64,000 bases of DNA from Calcarisporiella thermophila CBS 279.70. Its lineage: Eukaryota; Fungi; Calcarisporiellomycota. The stretch is taken from positions 504,714-568,713 of the forward strand of contig NW_027192198.1 of the NCBI RefSeq assembly GCF_041956535.1. The letters run 5' to 3'. The notes beneath the pieces are model-generated. The model was not told where the DNA came from, ran no database searches, and worked only from the letters and a program-made list of their open reading frames with translations. Shown in pieces: positions 1-12,990 of this stretch (its first letter is position 1; each line of letters opens with the position of its first letter). A program made the position numbers and the translations under genes.

Positions 1-1216
1 ATTCCCTGCATGCTCTGGAGAGGCGGCTCCGCGTTGAAAGGAGAAAACCGGCCCGAAATAAAACCGGGAGCTTTAGACGAAAAAGTTGTCCAATAGAGGT
101 GAGGACCAGTGTATGCGCGAATGGAAGAATTGGTTAGAGTCCATTCTAGATTGAATCTCCCAACGAGCCCATTGCGCATATACGCATAGAAAGAAGGCAT
201 ATATTCAACTCACGTAAACATCTGAGGGCTGGATTGTAGGTTATTGATTGGAGCTGGCTTACTTCAGTGCAATAAAGTGAAGCATCAGGAGCAGTACTGT
301 GGCTTCTATGCTTTTGCGTTGTTTGCATGCTTTCCTCCATTTTCAAGCAAAGATCTAGCATAGAGACTTAGCATACATTGACCAAAACAACAGCTTCGAC
401 GTTACCCTTTAATCTCGGTAAGCTCTATCTTTATAGCTTCCAGTTGAAAATTTAAGCGAGTAAGAATAGTGATATGGCTCAATTGGCTGGCAACAGCTCA
501 ATGGTAGAGGTTCGAAAAAGCAAACCGTCCCCGTCCGAAAATTTATCTTCCAATTTAATATGCCTCGATCGATAGCTTCAGATTTCTGATAGCAAATAAA
601 GAGTTTGAAATCGGTTGCCGATTTGAAAGTTCATGAACTTCTACACAGATCCGCGTGGATTCCTACCTAACTCTCGAAGGGTATTATAAGTGACCATCCA
701 ACATGAACTCTATCGACCCCTATCTCTCCACTCCCACCTCCCCGCCCCCTTCGTGTCATCGTCCCACTTTATCCGAGTGCTACTCCAAAGCCATGGTGGC
801 CAAGCTTGACCATGTTTAAGGAGATTAAGCTATTCCTCTTGAGTCACGTAAAACAAAATCGGCAACTATATTATAGAATTCAGGATCCAAAGCTCTCGGA
901 GAGAGAGGAGGACATGCCAATCAAAAGCTATATAAAATTACAAAAACAAAGAAAGCTACAACTAAGAGGAAAGAAGAGTTAAATATTTTAGATCAATAAG
1001 GAAATTAAAAGGAAATAACAGTGGAATGCTCGAAAATAACCTTTTCGATTTCTAGCCATAAACAGAATAAAACAGATCACTATATATGTTAGAAGGGGGG
1101 GGGGATAATTATTACAGAAAGAAAGAAAGAAAGGAGACAAGTAGGAAATTAAATATACTTTTCTTATAAATTATTCACCAAGGGGGAGGGGAGGGGCAAG
1201 CGTGTCATGGCACCCA

Positions 1217-2864
1217 TTATGCCATAGTGAGCGGAGCCATTGGATGATTCATCGAGGAAGTGCATTGCATTTGCCATTCGCCGCGCTCCTCGCCATCCGA
1301 ATGGTATGCTTGCGGGTGCATGTTGGGACGGCGCGACGGATGGAAGCCTTCGTCAAACTCTTGCGCGGGATAGGGCGGAGCAGCCAGGGGAGGGCGGTCC
1401 AGGGAAGGCGGCCCACCCTGCTTAGCACTCGCCGCCCAGGGCCGCTCCATGCTCTGGATGTTGAGCCCCAATGGCAAGCGAGTCCGGTGCTCCAGTGGCC
1501 GGTACTCGCCATTCTCGGGGGATGCGTTTCCCTCTCCATTGGCCATGTAGGAGGGGGGAACGGACGGGGCCTGGAATGCGGATGGGTAGGATGTTCCATA
1601 GGTTGGGTAGCCCATCTCTCCGGGCAATACCGCGGGCCGGGGGTATGGCGAGAAGTATCGGCCGTCGACGGAGAGCGGGACCATGGGGCTATAGCGCCCC
1701 TGGTTGTCCGAGTAGTGGCCGGGAGAGCGCCCCCGCACCACCAGCGGAGAGGACTGTGCCACCGCCACACAAATCTGCTGGCCATTGTCACAGTAGGCGT
1801 GCAGCTCGTTCAGGAGGATGTAGTATTGCTGAGCCGCGCGCCGTTTCCCGTTATTTGCGGTGGCGGTTTTGAACTGGATGCGCTCGAACGTCGCGATGTT
1901 GGGCTGAGTCCCAATGGTGGCGAGGTTGAGGTCTCCCCCGGCGCGGATTGGTTTGGGCATCGGGGTGGTCTGGGGGCCTTTGTCGCGCTTCGGCGTGTGC
2001 TGCACAAGCTCGATGCGCTTGTCGGAGTTGGAAACCCGCGCGCTAAGGCCAATTAAGAACTGGGTGACGGTGTAGTGCTGGCCGTCGACCTCGATCAAGC
2101 AGGGAGTCTCAGGCTCGGCCAGCGGATAGTTGACGCCCTGGACGGAGAGGGCGGAGCTCACCTGGAAGTAGTTGCGGCGGTAGCAGGTCCAGTCGTTGTC
2201 GGACAGGAAGAATCCCTTGTCGACCTTGGAGTGGATGCGCACCTTGTATCTATAATGGGGAGGGAGCAGAGGGTCAGCGCCAGGGCGCAGCATGCAGGGC
2301 GTGCGGAGCCGCACACTTACTCGTTCATTCGATCCATGCTGTAGAGCGGATAGTGCTGCTTTGTCTGGCAAAAGAATGGGGTTGCGTCCACCTGGAACCC
2401 AGGCATGTCAATGCGCCTTCTGCGCACAGCGGAGAAAGGCAGTGGGCTGCCGGGAATCGGCGATCTCGGGGCATACTCGTGCACGGGAGGGGTCATGGGT
2501 TGGGTGGGGCGCGGCGTGCTGGGCGAGCTTAAGGCGGACTGAACAAAGCTAAAATGCAGAGGGGGTCAGTGCTAAGCTGCAATGCCAATCGCCCAAGATC
2601 ACGCTTACCCTCCTGCATAATAGTGCGGGCGCTCGGAGGGGGGCTCCAGGCCGGGCGTCATGGAAGATGAGTGATGTTCCGGGCTAGAGATGGGGCAAAT
2701 CTCATCAGGGGGCAACTCGGGGAGTCGCGGAGGAGCGCAATGACTTACATGGGGGTTGGCAGCGAGCTCTGGCCGTGGCCGAGGCCGTAGGATGAGTAGA
2801 ACTCGTCAGGATGATGGAATGGGCTCGGATGCGGGCGATCCCATTTATCGACTTGAGCATTCAT
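1217..2864 (-). CDS. NDT80/PhoG-family transcription factor (3 exons: ~2864-2749, ~2683-2609, ~2548-1217)
   Basis: ORF 1217..2371 contains NDT80 DNA-binding motifs WTCYRRNYFQV, LVQHTPKRDKGP, FERIQFKTATANNGKRRAAQQYY and PLVVRGRSPGHY. ATG at 2864 (MNAQVDKW) is joined by GTAAG..AG introns. Confidence 0.92.
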
Positions 2865-4071
2865 TGCGGCCGGGATTGTGCTGGAGGAGGAGGAGGAGGA
2901 GGGGTCGGGGGAGTCGGAGGGGCAAGGACCAAGGCCAGTCGTGGGCGAGGGGGTTTGTGCGAGCGAGGAGACGGAGGGGAAAACAGGGGGAAAGCAGCTC
3001 CGGAAGCAAGGAGAGCGCACAAAGTATAAATAATAGCCCTCAAAAGAGAATTGCAAATTTGCGGGGAGAAAATATTTCAGAAGCTGGGCGATTGGGTGAG
3101 CTAGTTTGAAAAAACGCGCGCAAGTGGATTCGACGGCTGGTCCGTTTTTGGCACACGTGCACAATTAAGGTTTATCGTCGCAGGCTTCAAGCTCCTTCCA
3201 CTCCCACGAGCGGTGAGAAGAAAAACAGAACACCAATCCGGCTATCCGAGCGGCTCGCGGCGGCAGAGGCCTCACACCCTCGACCCGCTCCACGGCTGCG
3301 CGCCCGAGGCTGCCAGGCCGCAAGGTTTGCTTGGATAATCCGGCAATCCCTGTTCTGGCCGTCGCCCCCCCTCCCCCTCGCCCAGTTCCACCCGATAGTC
3401 AATGGCCACAATCCGCTGACGTTGCCCAGCTCCGAACGATAAATTCCGAGAATCGATACGTTTATCCAGCAGGGTCTGATTTGATGTGAAAAGCTCCCTC
3501 ATCCTTGTGCTCAGGCTATCTACGTCTGTACTCCTTTACTAAGGCGATAAGACGCGCGCACAAGTACCCTCTCGCACCACCATCCCCATTAGGCCCAGAC
3601 GGCCGTATGAAAGCGTTCGACAAGTCGCCGCCGGCCGTCGCTCCAGGAAAAGCGCCGCGCACACCACGCCGCCGAATTCAAGTCCCAACGCCGCACTCTC
3701 TCCCTCGCCTCTCCCTCCCCAACAAAGTTCGGATATATAGGATGAGTAAGGGGCATTTTCTCTGAGAGATTGAATTCATCAATTTCCCTCAACCACGCTT
3801 TTGAGTGGGCGCGCCCAAGTGCCAAAGCTAAGCTAACCAAAAAAAAAAAGCTTGTAAAAGGGTCTATGGCGGTCCAAGCGTACAACGTGACATCTCAAAA
3901 AAGCACCATGTAGTTTAACAAAACAAACCGTTGACCTGCCAAGCTATATTTATTTCATCATACACATGATACTTCGAGTTAATAAACACATGGTGCGGCT
4001 TATGGACATACAATCAACAATATGGAGAATAATGAAAAAAGAAAAACAATGTGGGAGAGGCGGAAAAAACC

Positions 4072-7000
4072 TTATTGCGTCGACGTCATCGCCTCGCCAA
4101 CTGATTCGGCCGAGGCGGCATTCAGACGCCGATTGGGTAAACGTATATGGAGCCGCTCAACCTCGCGCTCAAGCCTGTTCCAAACGCAGCAAAATCGGGT
4201 CGATATCACCCAAGTTTGACTTTCAATTTTATGGATATGGAAGCTTACCTTGCGGCACGATCCTTCGCATCCTTGGCCTCTCTCTCAGACCGCCTCTTGC
4301 TTAGCTGAAGCTCGCTCTCCAAGTTCTCCTAATGGTCCGCACAGAATCCGAAAAGATTAGCTATCCCCCTCGCCAAACTTCAAAGGATCAAACTCTAAAA
4401 CACCCTACCAGCTCTTTCAGGTTGGCTCGCAACCGCTCGGCTTTCTCTCTAAGCCACGTCATCTCCTGCTCCTGTCGAGACACCTTCTTCTCTCGCTCCG
4501 ACAGCTGGTGCTGAAGCTCTCGGATCTGCTGGCGGTAGGCTCTGGCGGCCTCATTTTTCTCTCGGGTGGCCTGCTCCAGTCGCGCTGTTACCTCCTCGAC
4601 CCGCTTTTCCAGACGCTGCACCTGGCGCGCGGCGCTGCCACTCTGAATTCGGGCATCCTTTTCAATGATCCGAACGCTGAGCTCCTTCAGCTGACGCTCA
4701 AGGCTCGTCTATCGGGTCGTGTGATGCTAGGGTCAGTGCCAAGTAACAAACCAATCAATCCAAAATGCGGGGTCACCTTGGCGCGGAAAAGCTCGGCGCT
4801 CATTTCCTGTTCCTTCGCTACCTCGGCCAGGGCCTCGGACGCCACCTGCTCCGCCCTACGGGCTTTCTTTTCTTCTCGATGCACGGTCGCCTCCATCTCG
4901 TCAAGCTGCCGTTGTAAGCCGTCGAGCTTCAAGGTCAGCTCCGTAAGCTTCCCTTCCGCAACATATCGTGCTTCCACCGCATGCTTGTGTTCCGCTTCCA
5001 GCTCTTCGAGCTGCTTCTCAAGCAGTTGTCGCGATCGCTCGGCACCCGATAATCTCTCCTCGGCGGCTTCGAGCGCATGTCTAAGCTCTTTGGCTTCGTC
5101 GGAGAGTCGTGACATACGTTTTTCGATCTGTGACTGGTGTTCATGAGAGTTCTGGGCCGCCTCTGCGAGTTCAGCCAAGCGAGCCTCGTAGCGCTCTCGC
5201 TCTCGCTGCCAGGTGGCCTCCTTGTGCATTTCTTCCGCGAGACGCTCGTTCGCCTCGTCCAATTCTCCCATAAGCTGACGCTTCTGCTCGTTGAATCTTG
5301 AAGCGGCTAGCTTCTCGTTCTCAAGCTCACGCAACACCTCCGTAAGCTCCTCCTGGAGAGCAGTATCCAGCTCCTTACTAAAGTTGTGCTGTGCCTCCGC
5401 GAGATGCTTTCTCTCTGCCTCTAACTCCTCAGCCAATTGGCGCCGCTCGTGAGCCAGCTCTTCCATTTCAATCAAAGTTTCTTCTAAACGACCCTCCGCC
5501 AGCGCCGCACGCTCCCTCTCGGCACACGCGTCCTCCTCGGCAGCATTCCTATCGCCCAGCGCGTTCTTAAGCTCTTGCTCCAAGTCGGAGATTCGTGCTA
5601 GCAACTCCGCTCCCTGTCGATCGGCCTTTTGCCGCTCTAAATTCACTAACTCAAGCACCCTCGCCGAATCTTCGGTCTGAGAACGCCTAGCCTCGAGCTC
5701 TTCGGCCAACTCCCGAGCTCGTGCTTGCTCCGCATACACCAACTGCTGCATTTCCTCGACCATGGCCGCCAGCTTTTCAGCACGGCTCTGCTCCTTGGCA
5801 CGCTCTGCATCCATGTCGCGTAAGCGTGCCTTGAGCTGAGCAGATTCGGCTTGGAGCGAACGATGGAACGTGCGCATCCGAGAAACTTCCTCCTCCCGCG
5901 CAGTGGATTCCTGCTCCAGTACACGATGGGCGGCCAATATCTGCTCCTTTTCCGCCTCTAGCTCTAGCACGCGCTCCTCCAACTCCTCAGCCCTGCCCCG
6001 AGATTGCAGCTCGAGCTCAAGCTGTTCGCGCACTTCGGCCTGCTGTATGACTTGTTCTTCTAGCTCCGCTATGCGAGCATTCGTGGCAGCCTTCAGCTCG
6101 GCCATTTCTCTTTCGCGCTGGTCGGCAACCGCTCGGAGATCCTCCACCTCGTCGGACAGGGATCGCGAGCCTTTACCCACTTTGTGGAAGCTGATCACCT
6201 CCGCCTGCTCCTCAAGCTCAGTTTCGAGCTGACGAATCCGTGCGTCGCGTTCCTCATTCTCCGAGCGCAACTTCTTCACCAACTCAAAGGTCTCCTCCAG
6301 CTCATGCTCAAGTTGTTGCGATTCTTGAGCCCTCTTTTGAAGATCACGGAGGCCGATTTTCGCATGGTGAAGCTCCTCCTCCAAAGCCAGCTTCTCCTTT
6401 TCGAGCCGGTGCACGGTGGCCTCCAGCTCAGCCCGCTCCGCCTCGACGCGCTTCAATCCAGCCTCGATTTGCTCACGCCGAGTATCGAGTTGACGCTGGC
6501 GTTGCTCCACGTCTCGAACGGCCGTGCGATGCAGTCGCTCTAACTCCGTGCACCTTGCTCGTAATCTCTCTCGTTCCGCAGTGACCATCTGCAAACGCTT
6601 CTCTATCTCTTGAGTGCGCTCATTCGCCTTCTCGACTTCTTTCGAATGTCCTGCCGCCACATTCTGGTGGCTCATGAGTTTATCCTCTATCGCGCGTCGC
6701 TCCGTACGCTCTTCTTCCAATTGCTCTCTTAGTTCGCGGGCCTCAATCTCCAATGCTTTCCGCTCTCGTTGAAGCTCATCGCTTAGTGCCTCCATCTGTT
6801 CTAACTCTGCGTTCACCTCACGTAACTCTTCGCGCAGTTCTACTTCACGCTCCTGAGTGCGCTTCAGAATTTCCTCCTTATCCACTGCTATATTGCGCTC
6901 ACTAATGAGCTGTTCTTCCATCTCACGCTTCTCAGTTTCAATCTGTCGCTTCAGTTGTTCAAGCCGCACGCGTTCTTCCGCCTCTTCACGCAGTCGCTCC

Positions 7001-10000
7001 TCAAGCTTCTCCACAGTACTCTCCATCTTGCGCATCTCTTCATCCATCTGAGTCACATTGAGTAGGGGCTTCACCTTAGAATAGAGTTTCCACCACGGCC
7101 ACTCGCGTAGTCGAACGTAGATTCTCGCATTGCGTTGAATTATCGTAATGGCCTGCAGCTGGTTGAGGCGACGACGCAGGCGTTTGCGAGCAAGAAATCC
7201 GCGGCATATTGCTTGACAAGCCGTAAATACTTTAGAAAGTGTCTGATCACGTACTTCTTCCAGCTCAGCAAGCTACGTATTGTATATAAATATAACTTCA
7301 AAACATCGCCTAAATCCAACTGCAGATAAATGACTCTTACCACTCCAGCTTTAAAGAACACTTTGCTTGTTCCAAGACGAAACTGGGTTGGCTCAAGCTG
7401 CATTGCCTCCAACAACCGCTGCGCCGCCGTGCGACCATCCATGAATCCCCGTGGGATGACCCCTGGGCATAAAATTTCATATCGTTGTCTAAACTCTGCA
7501 AACGGTAGACGATTCGGAAAGCCGGAGCGGCAGATCCGAATCCCCTCGAGTACACCGTTGCAGCGTAATTGATCAAGCACAAGTGGAACGTCCACCTTGC
7601 CGGGCTTTTTCTCTGCATTCGGAAGGATGCAGCGCACGAAGTGGGGGGAGGTGGAATAGAGCTGTTTCATGAGAGAGTTCAGCTGTTCCTTATGACGCTG
7701 AGCAACCGTGCGGAACAATCCCTTCTTGGTTGTATGCGTTTTATTTCCAGAGGTCACGATAGAGTTCTCCCCATCATCACAGGAGTAGTCATCAAAGAGA
7801 CGGGCAATATAGCGCTCAGATGAGTGCGCAAGCAAACGCGTGAGACATTCGTTCAGCGGATCCTTGTTCTTATCGAGCCAACCCGTTGTACGATATTCAA
7901 CGCGTCCTGCATAGTGCTGCAGAATGAAACCTTCTTGAAAGCGGAGCGGTTCAAATTTGGTCGATTTCTCTCGCCAAAGCCCATTTAATTTGTCAATAAA
8001 AGTCTTATCGGTCGCTTTAGGCATCACGCATTCTTCGTCAAGACAAGAGAGAATACCGACAGGCTAATCGTAAAAATAATAAGAAACGGAAGAATATTGC
8101 AACAACCATTCTGGACATACGTTTGCTTTGTCGATCAGATCGATAGTCGGCTGCAAATCGAGCCCATAGTCAACCCATTGCCAATCGATGTTTTCGCGCT
8201 TATACTCCTCTTGTTCGAGGATAAACATATGATGGTTGAAGAATTGTTGAAGACGTTCGTTTGTATAGTTAATACACAACTGCTCGAAACTATTGAGCTC
8301 GAAGATCTCAAACCCAGCAATGTCAAGAACACCTATGAACGTGCTCTTATGGCCTGGACGATCGAGTGCTTTATTGATTCGCTCAACGAGCGTCCGAAAC
8401 ATACGTTCATAAAGCGCTTTTGCAAGCGCCTGCAATGAGTAAATAACCTGCTCCTTAGTCCGTGATTGGGTTACCCAGTCACGACCGGCTTTAATGCGGG
8501 GTCTGAGCATCGCTTTTGTGAATTCGTTCAGCGGGATACCTAGTAGGTGACATGCACGCTCTGCAACCGATGTATCAGGAAGTTGAGCTTGGTCGCTTCG
8601 GTCGGAGGTAAGTGCAATATTCCCCAAATGCAAGATAGCAGCTATTACGCGGAAGAGATCGACTTGCTCTTCTCTTGATATTCCCATTATATCCAGAGAT
8701 TCCTAAAAACGGAAGAAGTGTTAGCAAATGGGTTGTAATGCGCTCGTGAAAAATCAATATACCCTTAAGAGCTTGAACTCAGAAATATCGTCTACTCCAT
8801 CAATATATTTGTTAGAGTTTTTGGTATATGCATAATAGTCTAAAGAGCCATCAAGAAGCAGTGTACCTATAATGATTATGAAGAAGAATTATTAGTACTA
8901 TTGCTTGAAACACCAAGGCTGTCGAATACAAACGCCGCAAGTCCTCCTCTGCTCCATTGATGAGCTGATAAAAGATATGATAATTGCGCTCCTTCGGATG
9001 TTGATAGGTGACTCGAGATTTTTCTAACAAGTACCATTCGATGTTCGCCCCGGCAATCTGACCAGCAGGGTTGAATTCGAGACGAATGAATTTACCCTAC
9101 CACAATTGATGTATTGATGAGTTAATGCTAACTTTCATAATCCATCTGCTCGCTTACAAATCGCGAAGAATTATTATTCCTTATAGTTTGCGCATTTCCA
9201 AATGCTTCTAATATTGGATTTGCCTAATTAATAATTTATATGTGTGTGTTAGAACACCACGTAAATTCTTCAAGTTGAGGACAAAAAAAACAAATACTTG
9301 AAGGATTTGCTGTTCGAGTTCGCCTAATTGTCGTAACTTTGATTTATCGCTGGCGACTCCGGCAAGATATTGAATAACTTTTTTAGTGTTTTCTGTCTTG
9401 CCCGCACCGGATTCACCGCTAATTTAATGTTAATGATAATTAGAGATTATATAAATTAAGGAATCACACAAGAAACTAACGTGATGAGTATGGACTGGTT
9501 TTCTTTATCCTGTAACATGTCGCGAAAGGCGATATCGGAAGTTGCAAATATATGTGGTGGCATTTCGCCACGTCGCTGGTTTTTATATTTACGAACAACC
9601 TGCTCAGCATAGATAGGCAATTTTCTGTACGGGTTCACAGCAACCAAGAATAAGCCGGAGTATGTCTATTTAACAAGTAGTTTAATTTAAGATATGCAAA
9701 GGAGTACGCGTAACCTCTTACATATATGAGATCAGAAAGGTATCGAAGTCTTAGATTGTGAATTACGGACGCCTCATTGAGGTATGTTAAGCTTGCCATA
9801 TCATCAACTTTGTCAAATTTCGGCGGATTCATTTTCTCGGTCTCATCGATATGCGCGGTTATAATCTACATTGAGAAAAAACGCGTAAAAAATTAATAAG
9901 AAATTAGCATATCTTTCACTTCCTAGAACATGTTAAAATTTATATTACCCTTCCATCCGCTAACTGCACCTGAACATGATTTTCCCCCTCCTCCTTTACT

Positions 10001-10227
10001 ATACTTCCCTCAACATATCCTTGCGATTTATCACGCACCCAAACACGCTTCTTTTCGTTAAAAGCTGCATGAGCTACTGCGTCCATCACGCCCAAATTGC
10101 CATTCCGTAGAAACACTTCTGATTCACCAGAAAACCCAAATGAGTTTCGTTGCGTGATACGTGTAGGCTTATCGGAGTTTGCGTTTGAATAAGCAAGTGT
10201 ATGTCGCCGAGGCTTCATGACATCCAT
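4072..10227 (-). CDS. Myosin II (conventional) heavy chain, multi-exon
   Basis: N-terminal SH3-like region, [20 protein letters not shown]-loop [13 protein letters not shown] (~9400), [30 protein letters not shown] and neck WPWWKL, followed by a long coiled-coil tail (ORF 4687..7074). Last exon ends ...MTSTQ* at 4072. Confidence 0.95.
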
Positions 10228-11194
10228 TACAATATAACTTAACGCTTAATCCGACTACTGACTGGCAAAAGATGAAACCTTAGAAAACTGATATGAGCTT
10301 GATATAATTCTCTCAAAATAAGATAAAAAAGATAGGAAAAAAAATTAAGAAATAAGTGGAAGAAAGAAAACAACAGAGCGCGTCTTAACGCGTCAAGTGA
10401 TGCTGGATTCCATTTATGAATGGCTTGTGCATTAATCTCAAAGATGTATTGGAGTTATGAACCTGAATTCATAAGCCACGAAATTAGACGCGATGTAAAA
10501 ATCAGAGATCTCCTAGTAGTTCATTTCGAAGGAGTATGAAAATTCAGCATACACTACTAATGATGACGATCTCGGGGTTAACAGTAAATATTTTAATACT
10601 GTGGGTTGCAATTCAAAAGAAACGCATTCGAAATATGGCATTTATATCTATTATATTGTATACATGCATATGTATGTTGTTTGATGGTTTAGTCTCTCGC
10701 AGAATAAGAGTTTTTATGCGCTTTATTTTACTATTTTATTCCAAGGGTAATTTAGGAAAATGAAGTAGTATCTACTTAACTGAGATTATTTGCTCTCAGG
10801 TAGTTTTAGCAACTATTTTGTTTAAATAAATAAAAGAGAAGCCCAAGTAAATTTACTGGCGATTTTTTTAGACAATTTTAATTCATTCGCCTAGATGGCA
10901 TTCTAGGTTACTGATGAAAAATAACAAATAACTTATACCCGTCGTCATTATTTATGTTTAAAAATGCGCTCTCCTTCCATTCTTCATTTGGTCTTTTAGT
11001 CCATTTCCTAATACCAGCTGCCGTACAAATGAAATAATAATATAAATATAAAGCTTCTCCTCACGATAACTAAAAGCAACTTATATATAATGGGATTATA
11101 CAGTTTGGCCGCCGTAATTTATTGCAAACTTATATTTTTCACACATGATAGAAGGTTCAGTGTTTTAAGAATTAATAGGAGCCACACAGTCGCC

Positions 11195-12636
11195 TCATGA
11201 GGCTGGTTTGTGATAATCGATAAACCCGATTCCATCAAAGAGCTTGGAATCTTCGTTAGATTGAGCTTTGTATGCCCACGCGATGCAGTAGTGCCTGGCA
11301 AGAAGGCGCCACTCCTCAAATTCATCCAACATCTCGAGTCTCGAAATCCTATTTAGAGCGAGTGGAACGCGTGATTAGCAAGTAGATTAATGCATGAGGC
11401 AAACTCTAAGAATTCTCACCTGGTTAGCTCCACTGGATCGATGTGCCTGTCATGAATTTTCTCAATATCAACAGAATCGGCATATGTCCAACCTCGTTTC
11501 AGGTATCTGTCTCGTTGGCATTCCAAAGTAGGATATGCGTGTATCCCTTTCAAGGTAAGTCCCCTTTGCTATTAAAATCAAGAAATAAAAAGGTCAACCT
11601 CATCAAACAAAATTTTCAGTGAAATGCACTTACTTTCAAATTCTGTATCATGACCGATCCAAAAGCATCGTTTGGAAGAATTTGCTCATATACTACAAAC
11701 ATTGAAGTTGCCATGTTATTTCCTACCCATTCAACAATCCTATCAGAATCGTGAGGGTCCAGGTATATAAGTACGCACTCAGACAGAAAAAGAGTCGGGA
11801 GCCTAAGAGCCAATCCATCAATCAAGTTCATGAAAATAATTCATCTATCAGATCGACATTTACTTCAAATCCAGTCCAGCTTGGACTAAACTTGGTACAA
11901 CTTTACTCTCCCAATGCCTTAAATCACCAGGTATAATATGAAAATCAGCAGTGTGAAGTTCGGTACCCCCTGATTCTAATTAGAGTAAAAGGTTTAAGTG
12001 AAAAATCGCAGAAACCTGTATCCATTGATATACACACCTACTCTGATATCCTCCCCCAATATTCTACATAGCTCTTGGTTTCGGCGCAATATTGCAATTT
12101 TATTAGCTGTTATCTCAGGGTAATCAATCTCAAAGTAATTGTTTGGCGTCAACAATGATTGCGCCTGGAGAAGCAATAAACAAATGAGTGTCAAAGCTCA
12201 GTATTTCAAATATAACACCTACTTTGTAGCAGAAGAATCTTGTATCTGAACCAGCTCCGAGAGAAACTACTTGTTTCTTTATATTGCTATTCCCGGCAGC
12301 TAAAAATTGCTGTATGAGTCGATCGAGGACAGTCGTGCGAATAAAGGTACCTAGATTACACAATTAGAGGATATCTCCACTGCATAGCAGAAAACGTACC
12401 TCGATTTATGATGGGCGGTCTGCGAACTGGGCGTTTTACAAAATACTGTACAAACGGATCATTTAAGTATCCTATATTAGCGGCCGAGCTAAATTATAAA
12501 TGGTAGAATAAATGGAAACAATCAAATGAAAAAAAAAAAAAATCAAATTTTACAGCCTGCCAATTACAGCATCATCATTTGTACGCCTCACAGCATCATC
12601 ACTGGCTGAATTGAGCTCGCCTGGACGTGGAAACAT
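11195..12636 (-). CDS. PPM1: Leucine carboxyl methyltransferase 1 (PP2A methyltransferase)
   Basis: Spliced reading gives [69 protein letters not shown] and [18 protein letters not shown]. Confidence 0.93.
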
Positions 12637-12990
12637 TGCGCGACATTAATCTACCGTTAAACTTCTACTTTGTAAGTGCAATATAAATTAAGGCCGGTGG
12701 CGCACTATTATTTAGCAGTCGCGAAAATTGGTTTAGAAACTAGTTAAAAATTAATAAACCAAAAAGGAGAAAAATAAACAATTAATATTTAAATGCGACG
12801 CGATATAGGGCTCGTAGATGGAGCAGAAATTTCAAGGTCTTCCACCTAATCCAATTTAGTTTATTACGCATAATACTATTAAAGAAAACTATGCAAGGGA
12901 CAATTAAGAGAACAAGAGAAATGCATGAAATCTAAAAGATAAACTAATGAAAAAAATTGTAAGGGAGATCAATGTTTACAGAAGAAATCT

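Noticed and set aside
1-720. Possible spliced exons on the minus strand (RLNFQLEAIKIELTEIK|DLCLKMEE..)
   Set aside because: One plausible intron, but no consistent start, phase or recognisable domain; it cannot be supported.
2883-2922. (GGA)n/G-run tract near the NDT80 start as a G-quadruplex
   Set aside because: It is a simple CT-rich leader on the coding strand, common in fungal 5' UTRs; no evidence of function.
1202-7051. Numerous antisense and alternate-frame ORFs over NDT80 and the myosin tail
   Set aside because: Expected shadows of GC-rich coding sequence; no motifs.
10378-10393. GCGCGT/ACGCGT (MCB/E2F-like) sites upstream of myosin II
   Set aside because: Short motifs that also occur in coding and intronic sequence here; not supportable without conservation data.
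11195-12636. Functional clustering of PP2A methyltransferase with INTS8 (Integrator-PP2A)
   Set aside because: More than 40 kb and many unrelated genes apart; most likely chance.
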